NCBI GenBank assembly: GCA_049999805.1
Contig: JBNGIO010006249.1
Coordinates: 408,981-454,795 of the forward strand
Length of the DNA stretch: 45,815 bases
Reading direction: 5' to 3'
Source: Folioceros fuciformis
Taxonomy: Eukaryota
Shown: positions 9,961-22,600 of the stretch, one piece after another
How the letters are laid out: every line of letters starts with the position of its first letter
Position numbering within the stretch: position 1 is the first letter of the stretch
Notes under the pieces: model-generated
Database searches by the model: none
Told to the model about the DNA's origin: nothing
Seen by the model: only the letters and a program-made list of their open reading frames with translations
Program-made: the position numbers and the translations under genes

Positions 9961-11230
9961 GCGTGCTCAGCGGGAAAGCCATTTAAGGACCTTCCTAGAC
10001 GGAGTACATGTAGCTCGAGGTAGAGTGCAAGATACTTGTATACCGCATCAAGTTTCTAACCCTGAACGAACTCTTGCCTGCAAGATGTTGCTTCATCTTG
10101 CACATAACGGAAGAAAGCTCGCCCCCACAACTTGCCTGCAAACTGTTGCTTAGTCTTGCTCATCCCGGAAGAATGCTCACCCACAGCTAGCCTGAAACAT
10201 GTTTCTGTTTATTTTTTGTGCTTTCCTGGAACTCAACATGATTCTGTTGTTCTCCGACTGGGACAATACGCGCCTAGGACTTGCTTGCAACATGCTTTGT
10301 ATCTTGCTCATCCTGGAACAATAACAATGCTCGGCTACAACATATTCCTCACCCTGGAACAATACCGGGTGTCTGTAACACATTTTTCCTCATGGAACAC
10401 CGCTTGCTTGCATAGTGTTCCTCTACCTTCGTCATCCCGGAAGGACGCTTATCAGCCCCTTCTTAGCAAGACGGCAACCAGTCAGCATGAACAGCCTTGT
10501 TTGATACAGTCGCCCGCTCGGGTCTACTGACGATGCAAACGTGCACGACGATGCCAGCCTAGATTTGTCGCGATCTCCAACGGATCGTGAAGAAGTTGCA
10601 ACTCGAATGGACAAAAGACTACCGTGCACAACCAGGAGAAGGAAACAGATTCTCACATCGGTATTGGGCTATTGACGAATCTGTGGATGACCATGATGAT
10701 GGACGTGGTAGACAACAGCACAGGTCGCATAGGCTACGGGCACGCTAACGGGATCCAGCATGCCGAGCCGCTCGCATCCTTGTAAGAGCATGCAAAAATT
10801 CCCTGAAACAGCCTGTTCTGGACCTACCTTCAACAATATAGCATGATGTGAAGTTCACACCGGCAAGAGTCATACAGTTGCAGTCAATCTAGGCAGGCCT
10901 CAACAGAGCCCTCCATAAGGACTGTGTGGACGGCACCAGGGCCCCGCGTCCCTCATTTACCTCCAGGGCAAGAACTTCAGGTGCAAGGGATCCTGGACAA
11001 AACAAGTTCCTATTAGGATAGAAAACGCCCTCGTAGAAAATGAGCCACCCATTCAAGCATCTTCTGCGTGACCCCACCAGATAAGCAGGGCAGAGTCAAG
11101 CCCATCACTGGACGTTCTGGAATGCATCACGAGGGCGCTGGCCTTCTGCACAATTGAAATACAGTTTACCGTCAGGCAAGAGCTTTGCTTGAGAAACCTG
11201 CCTTCCTACCGCGCAGTATCATCAGATGAG
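9961..11230 (+). repeat. Non-coding module, copy 2 (diverged direct repeat of 5650-6747)
   Basis: Same blocks in the same order: aaggaccttcctagacggagta (9985), atgtagctcgag, CTCATCCTGGAAC-like sub-repeats, gacgaatctgt (10675), aagggatcctgg, gaccccacc, ggccttctgca, gatgag (11225-11230). Confidence 0.85.
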
Positions 11231-11263
11231 GTCTTACAGTGGCGTGTTTTCATGCGACCGGCG

Positions 11264-13451
11264 TCACCACTTTCCTCTTATCGTTTGCACAGAGTGGATC
11301 CAGTTTCTTTCGGGGGCAGTTGCATCATTAACAGATCCCTTCCCTGCAGATCCTTCTCCATCAAGCTCTCCGTTTCCGCTTCCCCCTCCTCCAGCAGGCA
11401 GCAGGTCCATGGAGTATACTCTTTGCATATCGGGCTTAAACAGTCCGAAATTCCTCTCCGATGTGGGTCCCGGTTTCTGGTCCTCATTGAACAGAGCGAA
11501 GATGTAGGCGGTGATGGGAGATCCGGGCCTCATGGGAGTGCCGTTCCCGGAGACGACGTGGCGGATGAGGTTGTTATTGTACACAGCAGCATTGGAGACG
11601 GAGGCAGCGGCTTCGTTTGCGTCGCCTTTGCTGGGCCATCCTGTTTCTGTAACTACAAGAGGAATGTCGGACTTGTGGCCCAGAGCTCCCATGGCCGAGA
11701 TCACGGCGTCCAGCTGGGCGTCGAACAGGTTGCTGTACTGAAGGCCTGTTTGTGAGTCCTGGACCCCTGCGTTCGGTCCAAAGGTGGCGTACTCGAAGGA
11801 GATGACCCCCAGGTTAGCCCTGTAGAAGCAAATCCTCGTCATGTGATGTTCGGGAACTGTTTGGGATGAGAGCAGAAGGCAGGATTTCATGCAGCTGAGC
11901 CCACTTACATGTACGCAAAGTAGGGGTAGACGTTGAGCATGAAGACGGAATTCGTCTCAACCAGGAAATCGAGAAAGTCGCTCATGAGCCCAACAAAATC
12001 AGGCTGGAAAGTCCCAGCTGACGGTGGATACGAATTGGAAAGCACACTCACAGCCATCGTGCTCGAAACCTTGATCTTGGAATCCAGTTTCAGCGAGACC
12101 TGGAAAAGACAGATTGGTCTCAACAGCTCACAAACATCATTTTGCCTTGACGAGGAAAGCTTCATTCAAACCCAATGCATACCAAGCCGTTGTGCACATT
12201 CCTCGTAGCTGCCACCAGATCGCTGCTCATCTCTGGGTTGGCAGTCAGGACCTCGTTCCCAACAGACAAGGCAATGATGTCTGTGCTGCGGAACTTCACA
12301 ATGTTATTCTGGAGCCAGTTCCGTGCCACCCTGCTGCTTTTAGCAAACTTGGGGATCTTGGAATGCACGCGCAACGGAGCACAAGATATGTCAGTACTTG
12401 GAGATCCAGAAACAGCTTTGAACCGGAACTCATGGACTTGCGTATACCTGATCGTTGGGCACCCCTGCAATGACCTTGATCCCCGAGTTGGCCAGGGCTT
12501 GGAGCACTGTTGGGTCAGAATCGAATATCCTCACCAGCCCGAGTCCTTGGGACCGGATCAAGGCCACCGCTTGCGCAGGAGCAGGCAGATTATCAGCTAC
12601 CCGGCCATAGCACACCCCAAGCTTGCTGTAACTGTAGTTGTTCTCGATGCCGGAACCTCCTGGACTCCCTGTTCCACCTCCACTTCCTGTCCCACTCCCT
12701 GTCCCGCTCCCTGTCCCCCCCCCCCCTCCCCCCCCCCCCGGCCCGCTCCTCGCGAGCGAAGGCGCATCCCCAGACACTGCAACCACACTTCGTCAGAGGC
12801 GATCACATTTGCAACCCAGCAATCTCTCTGCCTCATGCAACCATTTCCACACACCATCCAAGAACCAACCCGTGATCCTCACAGAAGTGGATGGAAACAG
12901 CACCATCATGATGAATCACAGAGAGATGCAAACATCCAGCAAAGCAATTGAGACAGCCAGCTGACACTCTGCACCACAACCAACAGCTCCAACACAACCC
13001 AATGCGGTCACTCACGTTCGACGAGGGAGACGACGGAGACGAGCACGCCCACCAGAACGAGCACCGCGACCGAAATCGCCGTCTTATTCACATACCCAGG
13101 GCAACATTTGTAGGAGGCGCAGCAGGAAGCAGTCCGGCAGCACCCGTAGGCATCGAACCAGTCCTGCGGGGCGTCGCCCGGAGGCGAGCTCTTGTCCTCC
13201 TCCACCTCGGGCCTCACCAGGTCGTTGAGCAGGCGGGTGAAGGAGCTCACAGACTGCACCGTGGGCTGCAGCCGCAGCTTCACTGCCTCCACGGCCGGCT
13301 GTAACCTGGCTCGCGCAGCCTGCAGCTTCGGCTGCAGGCTCCACTTGGCACCCGCCATCGGCACCACCGTGGGCTCAGCCTCAGCCTCAGCCACCCGCTC
13401 GGGCTCGGGGACGCGCTCTGCCTGTGCATGCTCCACCACATTCGGATTCAT
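11264..13451 (-). CDS. Glucan endo-1,3-beta-glucosidase (GH17) with N-terminal Cys-rich segment and membrane anchor; exons 13451-13016, 12776-12448, 12356-12183, 12099-11909, 11819-11264
   Basis: GH17 motifs LGVCYGRVADNLP, VRIFDSD, VGNEV (acid/base Glu), NVYPYFAY, YSNLFDAQLDA, VVTETGWPSKG (nucleophile Glu) and YIFALFNEDQKPGPTSERNFGLF. All four introns are GT-AG and phase-compatible. Linkage of exon 1 is a splice prediction. Confidence 0.9.
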
Positions 13452-13912
13452 GGCCCTCCCCCCCCCCAAGCTCAGCCCAGTGGCAGAAGCAAGCAACCCG
13501 CTCCAGCAGCTGCAACAAGACGNNNNNNNNNNNNNNNNNNNNNNNNNNNNNNNNNNNNNNNNNNNNNNNNNNNNNNNNNNNNNNNNNNNNNNNNNNNNNN
13601 NNNNNNNNNNNNNNNNNNNNNNGCTGTCCGGATGCACGATGCCCAGTCACCCGCAGAGTAAATATTCTTCCTCCCCGCGTCCCACAACACGCAACGCGCA
13701 AAGCGCAAAGCGCAACGCGCCCGTAAATGCCACACCTACCGTCCACCAGAGAACTGAGATGTTAGCAGCTCTTCCTGGGGGAATGCTCCCGTTCGAGCGG
13801 CTCCCGCGGGCGGAGACGCCGTCTGCAGGCGTCTCAGTCTCTTTCTTCTGGCAGAGGCTGAAGTCGGTGGCGTGGATGGATCTAGGTGCGGAGACGGGGG
13901 CTGGGACCTGGC

Positions 13913-13969
13913 CCGGGGCCTGAGCCTGAGCCGGAGCCTGGAGCCTGGAGCCTGGAGCCTGAGCCTGAG
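13913..13969. repeat. (GAGCCTG/GAGCCT)n 6-7 bp simple repeat
   Basis: cctgagcctgagccggagcctggagcctggagcctggagcctgagcctgag read directly. Confidence 0.85.
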
Positions 13970-14879
13970 AACAGGCAGGCCTCCACTGTAGATGCAGAGC
14001 TCCACCAGCTTCTGGATTTAAAGCACAGGCGCCTGTACAACACCCTTTGAAAGCGAGCAGCAGCTGACAGCCCACATCCCGCGGCCATGTGACCTCGGTC
14101 TGCACCTGTGCTTTGCTTTGCTTTTCTTTGCCTTGCCTTGCCTTGCCATTGCACGCCATGCCTTTCCCCCATTGTTTGTTACTTCTTATGTTACTTGTGT
14201 GTACAAACAACGGTCCTCTACCCTGCTCTCATACCAGGCCACCATGGACGCACCTTCCCGAGGATCCCGTAACAGACGATAAGTCGATAACCCATCTGCT
14301 GTCGCTTCCGGAATCGCATTGCTTATGTAACAGCAGGCCAAGTACGCGTATTCCAGGTGACAGAGTGCTGCTGTGAGCACGCCAGGATGATGACTCCCCT
14401 CGCGCTCGTGATTATTTCTAACAGCCTTGGTGGGGACTCCATCACGCGCGTCGTGGTCAGTTACGGGCACTCCGGTAACGGAAATGCCATCTTCATCACG
14501 CCCAGACACGACATGACAAGCGCAACGGAAAAGCACGACAGAAACGGGCATTCTGGCTCAGACGCGCCCCAAGTGTCCACTTTAATTGGACAATAATACA
14601 TAAACAGAAGAGGCAGAAGAACAATAAGCGTACGACACGGGACGGGACAGGACGGAACGGAATGCAACGGGACGGGATGAGAACGATATGCGGAGTCGAT
14701 TCTAATGGAAGACGGCTCTTGCTAAAACACAGCACTTACAACACAGCTCCGACGCATCTTTCTACGCAGCGACCAGGAGTCGGTGGCCAACAGGTTCCAG
14801 CTGCTGACCACAAGGTAATGAGGAGCTGGGATCACTCCTGTTAAAGATCGGTGTACTTGAAGCCGCAATGCTTGTCGCA

Positions 14880-17386
14880 TCAATACGGCCGGTAGCGGCG
14901 CCCGCCGCTTGCGCTGGCAGCACCTCCGCCGCTGCCGCCTCCCTGCCTATTCGGGAGAATGCCGTGTCCTCCCATTCTACCACCACCACCGCCCCCGCCT
15001 CCGCCTCCGCCTCCGCCTCCCTGTCTGTATGGGGCAGACCCGCCTTGGGCGCCAGGTTGTTGCCTGCATCAGACATCCATCCGTGGTATTCGGGGTAAGT
15101 AAGGCCAACAGACTACGTGGCCCTAAGAGATATCTACAGACCGCAAACAACTCAAAACGACAACGGCTGGAGAAAATAGGCGAAATAGGGGTTACAAGAC
15201 ATAGCCGATTCGACCGTCTGGAAGCATCATCGGCACCATTGTCATGCCCGCTGGAGGTGGACCTCTGCCATATATAACAGGCTGCAGAGACCCAAAAAAC
15301 AAACAGAGCATGAAAAACCAGCACCGACAATTAAAGATATGTAACCCATCCACACATGGATTCAGCGTTCGGAGAAAAACGAACCTGGGTGTAGCCCCTG
15401 GCTTGACCATATCCAGCTGCCACAGCACCGTACATGTCGGCAGCATAGCCGAAGTTTACCCTCGTTTGATACTGAGGTAGAAGACCAGCTCTTTGAGGAG
15501 GATAGGCAGGCTCCAGGCCTGCAGGCCGCTTCTCAGCAGGAGGTTTAGCCAAGGACGTCTCCAACCATCGCCCTGCAAGTGCACTCACCGTCAAACGCCA
15601 CTCTGGTGTCTTCTACGTCTTGTGCCCACAATGCCAACGCAGAACTTAAAAGCCACATACCTTCCAGCTCGTATCTCTCTGACTTCTCGATAGCTTTAAG
15701 AGCACTGCTGCGCTCAGCAAAGTGGACAAAACCAAAATCACGCTTGGCTTGCCCAGGTTTCGGTGCCGGCAACACCACCTTTGTGACTTCTCCGTGGTGC
15801 TCGAACAATTTTTGCAACTGCTCCTCAGTTACTGTGTCCGGAAGATTCCGTACGTAGACAACCTTCACCTGCTACAGGCACGAACATATGTCAGTGTCTT
15901 CGCACCCATCCACATTCATCATGAACCGCGCTTACAACTACTACCTGCGACATAGCACTTGAATCTGAGCTACTCCGGGGGTCCGCCCAGCTAATCGTTG
16001 GAGCATTGCTTCCGAGCCTGAAACTGGAGTTTGACATAACTCTTCTGGCATGATCAGCACAGGCATGATTATAGTACTCCACAAACGCAAAACCTCTATT
16101 CCTACTTGGATTCTTCGGATCCTGCCAACACCAGCAGACCATCACCTGTCAGCGCTAAAGAATGGCCCGGAAGAAGAGAATCCCACAACAGCCCACACTG
16201 TGATTAGCAGTTTACCTTCCAAGCACTTAAAGAGCAGAATAGCAGCACACATGGCACGGATTGATAATGCACAAACAACACTTATCAAACTGCACTCTAG
16301 AAGACAACGAAGGGCACCAATAAAAAGAGCTGATTACCTTCAGAAGCTCAACACTTTGAATTCCGGGCCCTTGCTCAGCAAGCACTTTCTCAAGCTCGTC
16401 TTTGTCCCACGCTTTCGGGATGTTGCCCACAAAGAGTCGGTGCTTAGATAGCGACTGTGAGAACCGCAACGTCTTACCCTGCAGTCAGCAATGTCCATAC
16501 ATTTGCCCCTGCCAAGTCAGAACTAAAATAAGTATTCATGCACCCAACAGACAAGGGCAGGATAAGACTGTCACCAACCTTCAACTCAGAAGCGCTCAAA
16601 CTCTCAATTGCTTTCTCCGCACTCTCTTTATTGGTGAAGGTCACAAAAGCATACCCCTTGTTTTGTCCTGTGTCTTTATCCTTCAAAAGGCGAACCTGAA
16701 TAGCACAAGGGAATGTAAAACAAGTATAACTTCCGCACCAGGGACTTGGGCCAAACAACTAACTCTCGTAATCTTCGGAAAAAAAACAGTTCTATTCTTT
16801 TTGTTTTTCGGTGCAGGGGGGGGGGTGCAGGGGGCATCTAGTCATAGGAAGGAAAAGGAAATACCTCGTAAATGTCTCCACAAGGCGAGCAGAGTGAACG
16901 AAGATCCTCCTCTGTGGTGTCACGAGTGATCCCACCCACAAAAACCTCTGATCCATGGGGAGGCCGAGTGAGGAGCTCCTTGCTCTTCTCTCCATCGTCC
17001 TTTGACGGTTGTTTTTCTTCCTCGGCATGGACAACATCCTCAGCATCGATGGCATCGGCTTCCTCCTCTACTGCTTTCACTTCCTGTGCTCCATTCCCAG
17101 CACCAGCTTCATGGTCCGTCTCATGCTCATCCTGGTAGCCACCGCCTTCCTCCTCGGCCATGTCAAGATCAAGCCCCTCTTGAGCATCGTGTTTGTCCTC
17201 ATCTTCCTCCTCTTCTTCCTCCTCCTCTACGTCACCATCGCCATCCCCATCACCATCTACATCCACCTCATCATCATCCACAAGCTCTTCCGCTTCCACA
17301 TCCCCTTCGATATCAACCTGCTCTTCGTCATGGTCCTGCTCGTGGTCGTCATGCAGCACCTCCGGGGATGCTTCGGGATCGGACAT
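14880..17386 (-). CDS. hnRNP Q/R (SYNCRIP/LIF2-like) three-RRM RNA-binding protein; exons 17386-16865, 16695-16579, 16478-16338, 16121-15945, 15868-15661, 15572-15385, 15281-15196, 15063-14880
   Basis: Acidic N-terminus, then PPHGSEVFVGGI, KGYAFVTF, RLFVGNIPK, NRGFAFVEYYNHACAD, VKVVYVRNLP, RDFGFVHF and MVPMMLPDGRIGYVLQQPG. A Gly-rich tail ends GRRYRPY (PY-NLS). Introns are GT-AG and in phase. Confidence 0.93.
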
Positions 17387-18777
17387 TGCCCTCTTCTTGC
17401 CACACGCAGATGCAAGCACCACCACCTGAGAAGTTCGTGTGCAGCTGTGGAGGAATAGGAGACAGGAGCATTTGCAGAGAGGGAGTGACAAGAGGAAAAG
17501 AATGAGGACATATGAGAGGGCTGCTGAGTGAGAATCTTGAAGGCAATGCTGAGAGGGCCATGAGAAAAGTGAGGATATAGCAAATATGTGACTCTGTGTA
17601 TATGTGAAGGACTGAGGAAAAAGACTACACTGCGAGAGGAGTCAGCTGACAGAGGCCCTCAATCAGCAAGAGAAGTACAGTATATAAGCCTTGTGAAAGT
17701 GATATCAATGAGGACGTCCCACATGTGCACAGAAGAACACACGCATTTCTCAGAGTTAAGCTGCTGCGCGAAAAATCGATGCTCCATGTCTTACCATGGT
17801 CTTTCAGTGTGGAAAAGAAGAAAGTAGGCATAATACCTCAGAAGCTACCAGTCACACAGAATACGTCACAAGCTACTACTCAAACAAACAGCAGAGCGGT
17901 GCAAATGTCCACGAACGGTGCACACCGCCGTGGGAAGCCAGGAGGCGAGCTACTGCTTACCGCGAAACCTAGCGTCGGAATTGGCGGACGGCACTTCCAG
18001 TCAGGCAGGCAAACCGAACTCAGTCAGCCTCAGCCAGGCAAGCACAGCCAATTCCAGCACACAACTGGGAGAGCCGTGAGATCGGGCAAGCCCGGTATCA
18101 GAGCAGGATGGAAACGATGCATCCCGTCCCCCAAGAGCATGCCACTACAGAGGCGCCCCCGTTTCAAGATCCCAGCGAACCCCCACGACTGGGCAACCCC
18201 TGCAATGCTCATACATCCACGACGCATATCAAACGGTGCAGCAAAGGGAGAGGACGAAGACGTGATACCTGACGCTGTGTGCCGCGGCCGGCAGTTGCAA
18301 GCACGGTGGCAGCCCACCCGGGGTCCCAGGCGACCGCGTCCAGCTTTCTCTGCTTCTCTCTTCTCCTCTTGCTTCGCTACTGCAGCAACGGCTGCACGAC
18401 TTGGGGCAGGCGGATGGCGCAATTCCTCCCCTCGTGAGTTTCGCCTCTTCAATTTGGGCTTTTGTTTTTCTTTTTTCCCTCAGCCCCCGTCCCGCTGATA
18501 TATATACACTGTAAGTTCTCCCGAACCCTCCTCCCCTCCACACTACCTTCCTCTTTCCCACCCAGCTACATACCTACTGCGAGCAGAATAATATATACAT
18601 ACATACATACCTATCACCTCTTCACACTCCTTCAACTTAAGTGCATATGTAGTAGGTATATATAGTAGCAGTTCTATAATCCTTATTAAGGACTTTCGGT
18701 TATAATGCAAGACTAAAAGTGTAATCAGCACAACCCTTGTGCCAAACTTAGGGCATGAGAATGAATTGTCTAACACT

Positions 18778-18849
18778 CTCGTAGAGAGGATTCGAACCCA
18801 CACCCCCAAGTTGAAAATCGAGAGCACTAAACATTTAGATTGCAAAGGA
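18778..18849 (-). pseudogene. Degenerate tRNA-Glu(TTC)-derived sequence (pseudo-tRNA or SINE head)
   Basis: Minus strand reads TCCTTTG CA ATCTAAATGTTTAGTGC T CTCGA TTTTCAA CTTGG GGGT GTGGG TTCGAAT CCTCT CTACGAG (72 nt), collinear with plant cytosolic tRNA-Glu. It has a perfect B-box GGTTCGAATCC (18798-18788), but the stems no longer pair well. Confidence 0.6.
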
Positions 18850-19680
18850 TAAACACTCATTATTGTATTAGTTCTTACTGCTTATCAATTGTACAAAGAT
18901 GATTGCAGATTTCATGGATTTATAACAACACTTTCTAGACACTCATATCTCACAATATGACATTGATTTGATGCGCAGGCAACTCTAACATTCAGCTCTA
19001 GAGCGTGTAAGAACACTACTGATAATTGAGAGGCTCTCAAGCAGAGAACTATGCCCTTTCAACACGGATAGTGTTTCACCCAGGTTTTGATGTGCTCAAT
19101 GGACTTGTGTTGTATGTTCCAACTCATTCGATGTTGGCTGCGTTCTTCACTCAGATTCGACTCTCCTTCGTAATCAGAAGTCCAGACCCAGCATCACTGA
19201 ATCAGGATTACCCAAGAATACTTCTTTTAGTTTTCACTAACGAAGAACTCGGAAGAGAAGGCAAGTTTCTCACTCGGACTCAGAACCAGCAGCATCATCA
19301 GACGGGCCATTGCCAGATGGCAAGGCTCAAAGTCCAGCCGCGAAGGCAGCAGTGCTGAACCTCTAGGATATGTTCTCAGTGAGGGCTGCCAAGGTTGCCG
19401 TGATGCGATCAGGTTTGAAGGAGCTTTCGGCTTTGCCACCGATGGCACGAGGTTGCAAACATTGTTGATCTCACTTCCCAGCTTCAGAGTTGGGCGTCTG
19501 TAGAGGACAAAGTGTTTGGATGTATTAACACCTGCAAGATCAGATCTGTGGGGAGAGTGCCAAGCTGAGAACAGGCAAGGAATGTCTCACATACCTGGAT
19601 TCCACTGTTCTGGATGTAACAAGAAGTAGGATGTACAGACGAGCGTCCTTCACGCATCGGGACCAGAGTCCGTAGGGAGC

Positions 19681-22600
19681 TCAATGGTGATCACCACACG
19701 AACACGTCCCTCCCTTGAAATGGTGCACACGGTGTGCATCCCTGACTACTATCTCCCGCTGTTCTAACTTGGAGAGAATCTTACTGACGCTGTGACAGTC
19801 GTTGCACATCTTCAAGTTTTTGGTGACTAAGAGAGGGGTTCCTCGGGGAGTGTGGAGGAGACCAAAAGCGATGGCAAGTTTCTCAGCATGTCCACAGAGG
19901 GTGTCTTCTTTTTGCGTTGCAGATATGCGCTTCAAAACCAGGTTAGAGGCAGGAAGATGTCCCTCGCCCTTAAGTTGTGTAATCAAAGTCTTCAGCCTGA
20001 GAGAGATGTCGTCCGACTTCTCTCCCACGAGAAACTCGTGTACCTTGTTGTCTACTTCGATCAAGGCCCTGGCTGGCATCTTGCAGGCACCTGCACTTCT
20101 TCTCAGCTTTTCTATCTCCTCTGCATCCCTCCACCTGCCAGCACCCGCATACATGCTAGACATGAGGACATAAGCACCGGCTTGGTGAGGCTCCAGCTGC
20201 ACGATGCGGTTGAAGTAAGTTCTTCCCCTCTCCACATTGCCGTAGCACTTGCAGGCATTCAGCAAAGACATCCACCCGACGACGTCGGGCTCCCATGGCA
20301 TAAGTTCGAGCAGGCGTTCAGCGTCATCCAAACATCCTGCCCTGCCAAGAAGATCAACCATGCATGTGTAGTGCTCCAGTGTAGGCACAATGCCAAACAA
20401 TTCTTCCATCATTGTGAAGTAGTGCTGACCTTCTTCCACCCAGGCCACATGACCGCATGCAACAAGAAGTGCTGTGAGTGTGGCTTCGTTAGGTTCGACT
20501 CCCTCTGCTTGCATAGCTTGAAAACATTCGATGGCTCTCTCACAGTCGTTGTGCTGCCCATAACCGTTTATGAGCGCAGTCCATGTCACAACATTCCTAC
20601 AAGACAGTCTGTCGAACACTTCCTGAGCCTCCTCAAGCCTTCCGCATTTGGCATACATGTCGACAAGAGTGTTTCCAACACTGATATCTGCTTCGCACCC
20701 AGTTTTGAAGAGCTGGATATGGATCCGCTTGCCCTCACCGATGGCTCCCATGCTCGCACAAACTTTCAGAATGCACGCGAAGGTTACTCCGTTTGGAGCC
20801 ACGTCCATGCTCTGAAACAACGCCAGTGCTTCTTGACCCAGTCCATGCTGGGCGTATAACGCTATTATGGAAGTCCAGACCACAACATCCTTGTCGGAGA
20901 TCCTGTTGAACGCTGTGCGAGCATCATTCAAGTTCCCCCACACCCCGTACATGTGAATAAGAGCGGTCCCCACAGAAACATCTGTTTCAAGCCCCAATTT
21001 GAGGATCTGCTCATGAATCCTCTTGCCTTCCGTCATGGCCCCACTGCTTCCACAAAGTTGTAACACAGTCACAAATGTGGACTTTTCAGGGGTCACGAGG
21101 CTGTCCAGCTCCATTGCTCTGTAGAGTTCTATGCCTTCTTGGGCATGGACGTTCAGGGCATATCCTGCGATCATGGCATTCCATGTTACCACGTTCCTGA
21201 CGGGCAGACAATCAAACACTCTCCTTGATTCCTCTACACTTCCACACTTTGCAAACATGTCCACCAGTGCACTCCCAACAAACAAATCTGTATCTAGCCC
21301 TCTGTCTACTATCTCAGCATGCATGCGCCTGCCCTCACATAGAGATCCCATCGTTCCACAAGCTTTGAGGATACTACAAACCGTCACAGCCGTCGACATC
21401 ACACCTGCTTCTTGCATCCTGGCATACAGGTTCAGCACTTCTTCAGCAAACCCGTACTTCGCATATCCACCTATCATAATGTTCCATGTCACCACATCTT
21501 TGTTCAGCAATCTCTCAAACACCGTTCGGGCATCAAGCAAGCTACCAGACCCAGCATACATGTCCACCAGAGCGTTCCCCACACATACATCTGATCCAAT
21601 TCCTGCTTCGAGGATCCGACCATGAATTCTCCTCCCTTCCTGCAACATGTTCTCCCCTAAACCACTGCATGCTTTCAAGACAGTCACATACGTTGCACTG
21701 TCTGGCTCCACGCCATCCTGTTCCATCCTGGTGTACAGAGTGAGGGCCTGTGCATTCAACCCCTTATGAAGGTACGCAGAAGCAATGACATTCCACGTAA
21801 TAACATCCTTGATTGGAAGCCTGTCAAAGACACTGCGGGCCTCCTCCAGGCTCCCACACTTTGCAAACATGTCAACTAATGCACACCCCACAAACTTATC
21901 CGATTCCACACCTCGCTTCAGTATTTGATCGTGAACCTGTTTACCAGCCTGAAGGGCCCCTAAGCCACTACAAACTTTCAAGATTGTGGCAAAGGTAAGA
22001 TTGTTGGGAGCTGTCTTGCCATCCTCTTCCATGTGCCAGAACAACCGTAGAGCCTCGTGCCCAAGTCCATGTTGGCCATATCCGCCTATCATAGTGGTCC
22101 ATGCAACAACATCTCTGCTCGGACACCTGTCAAAAATCTTACGAGCATCATCCAACCTCCCGCATTTTACGTACATATCCAGCAAACTGTTCCCTACTAC
22201 AGCATCCAACTCAAGCCCCTTCTCCACAATCTGCGAGTGAACACTCATCCCCTCTTTCAAATCTCGCATACTGCCACACACCTTCAGGACGCAGGCATAC
22301 GTTACATTATCAGGACTCACTTCGCTGCGCACCATATCCATGAACAGTTGCAGAGCTTCCTTCGCAAGCCCATTCTGTGCATACCCTGCAATCATAGCAC
22401 TCCATGTCACCACATTCCGTACAGAAATTCTGTCAAACACTTGCTGAGCTTCATTCACAGCACTGCACTTGGCATACATATCCACCAGTGCACTGCCCAC
22501 AAACACGTTCGACTCCATTCCAGCGCCCATCACATCGCCATGGACCTCCTTGCCTGAATCCACATCACCTGAACTCGCACAAGCCTTAAGCACAGCCACA

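Noticed and set aside
5650-11230. Intact LTR retrotransposon with the two modules as LTRs
   Set aside because: No clear TG...CA termini, PBS, PPT, TSD or gag/pol motifs were found, and the viral relics lie outside the pair. A very old LTR origin cannot be fully excluded.
1416-13451. MYB80-like gene near a beta-1,3-glucanase as a callose-dissolution gene cluster
   Set aside because: Proximity alone in a gene-dense genome is not evidence; no shared regulatory feature is visible.
17725-18498. 257-aa plus-strand ORF
   Set aside because: Antisense to the presumed 5' UTR and leader intron of the hnRNP gene; no domain signal.
18778-18849. Functional tRNA-Glu gene
   Set aside because: Acceptor, anticodon and T stems contain multiple mismatches and the D-loop GG is lost; reported only as a tRNA-derived relic.
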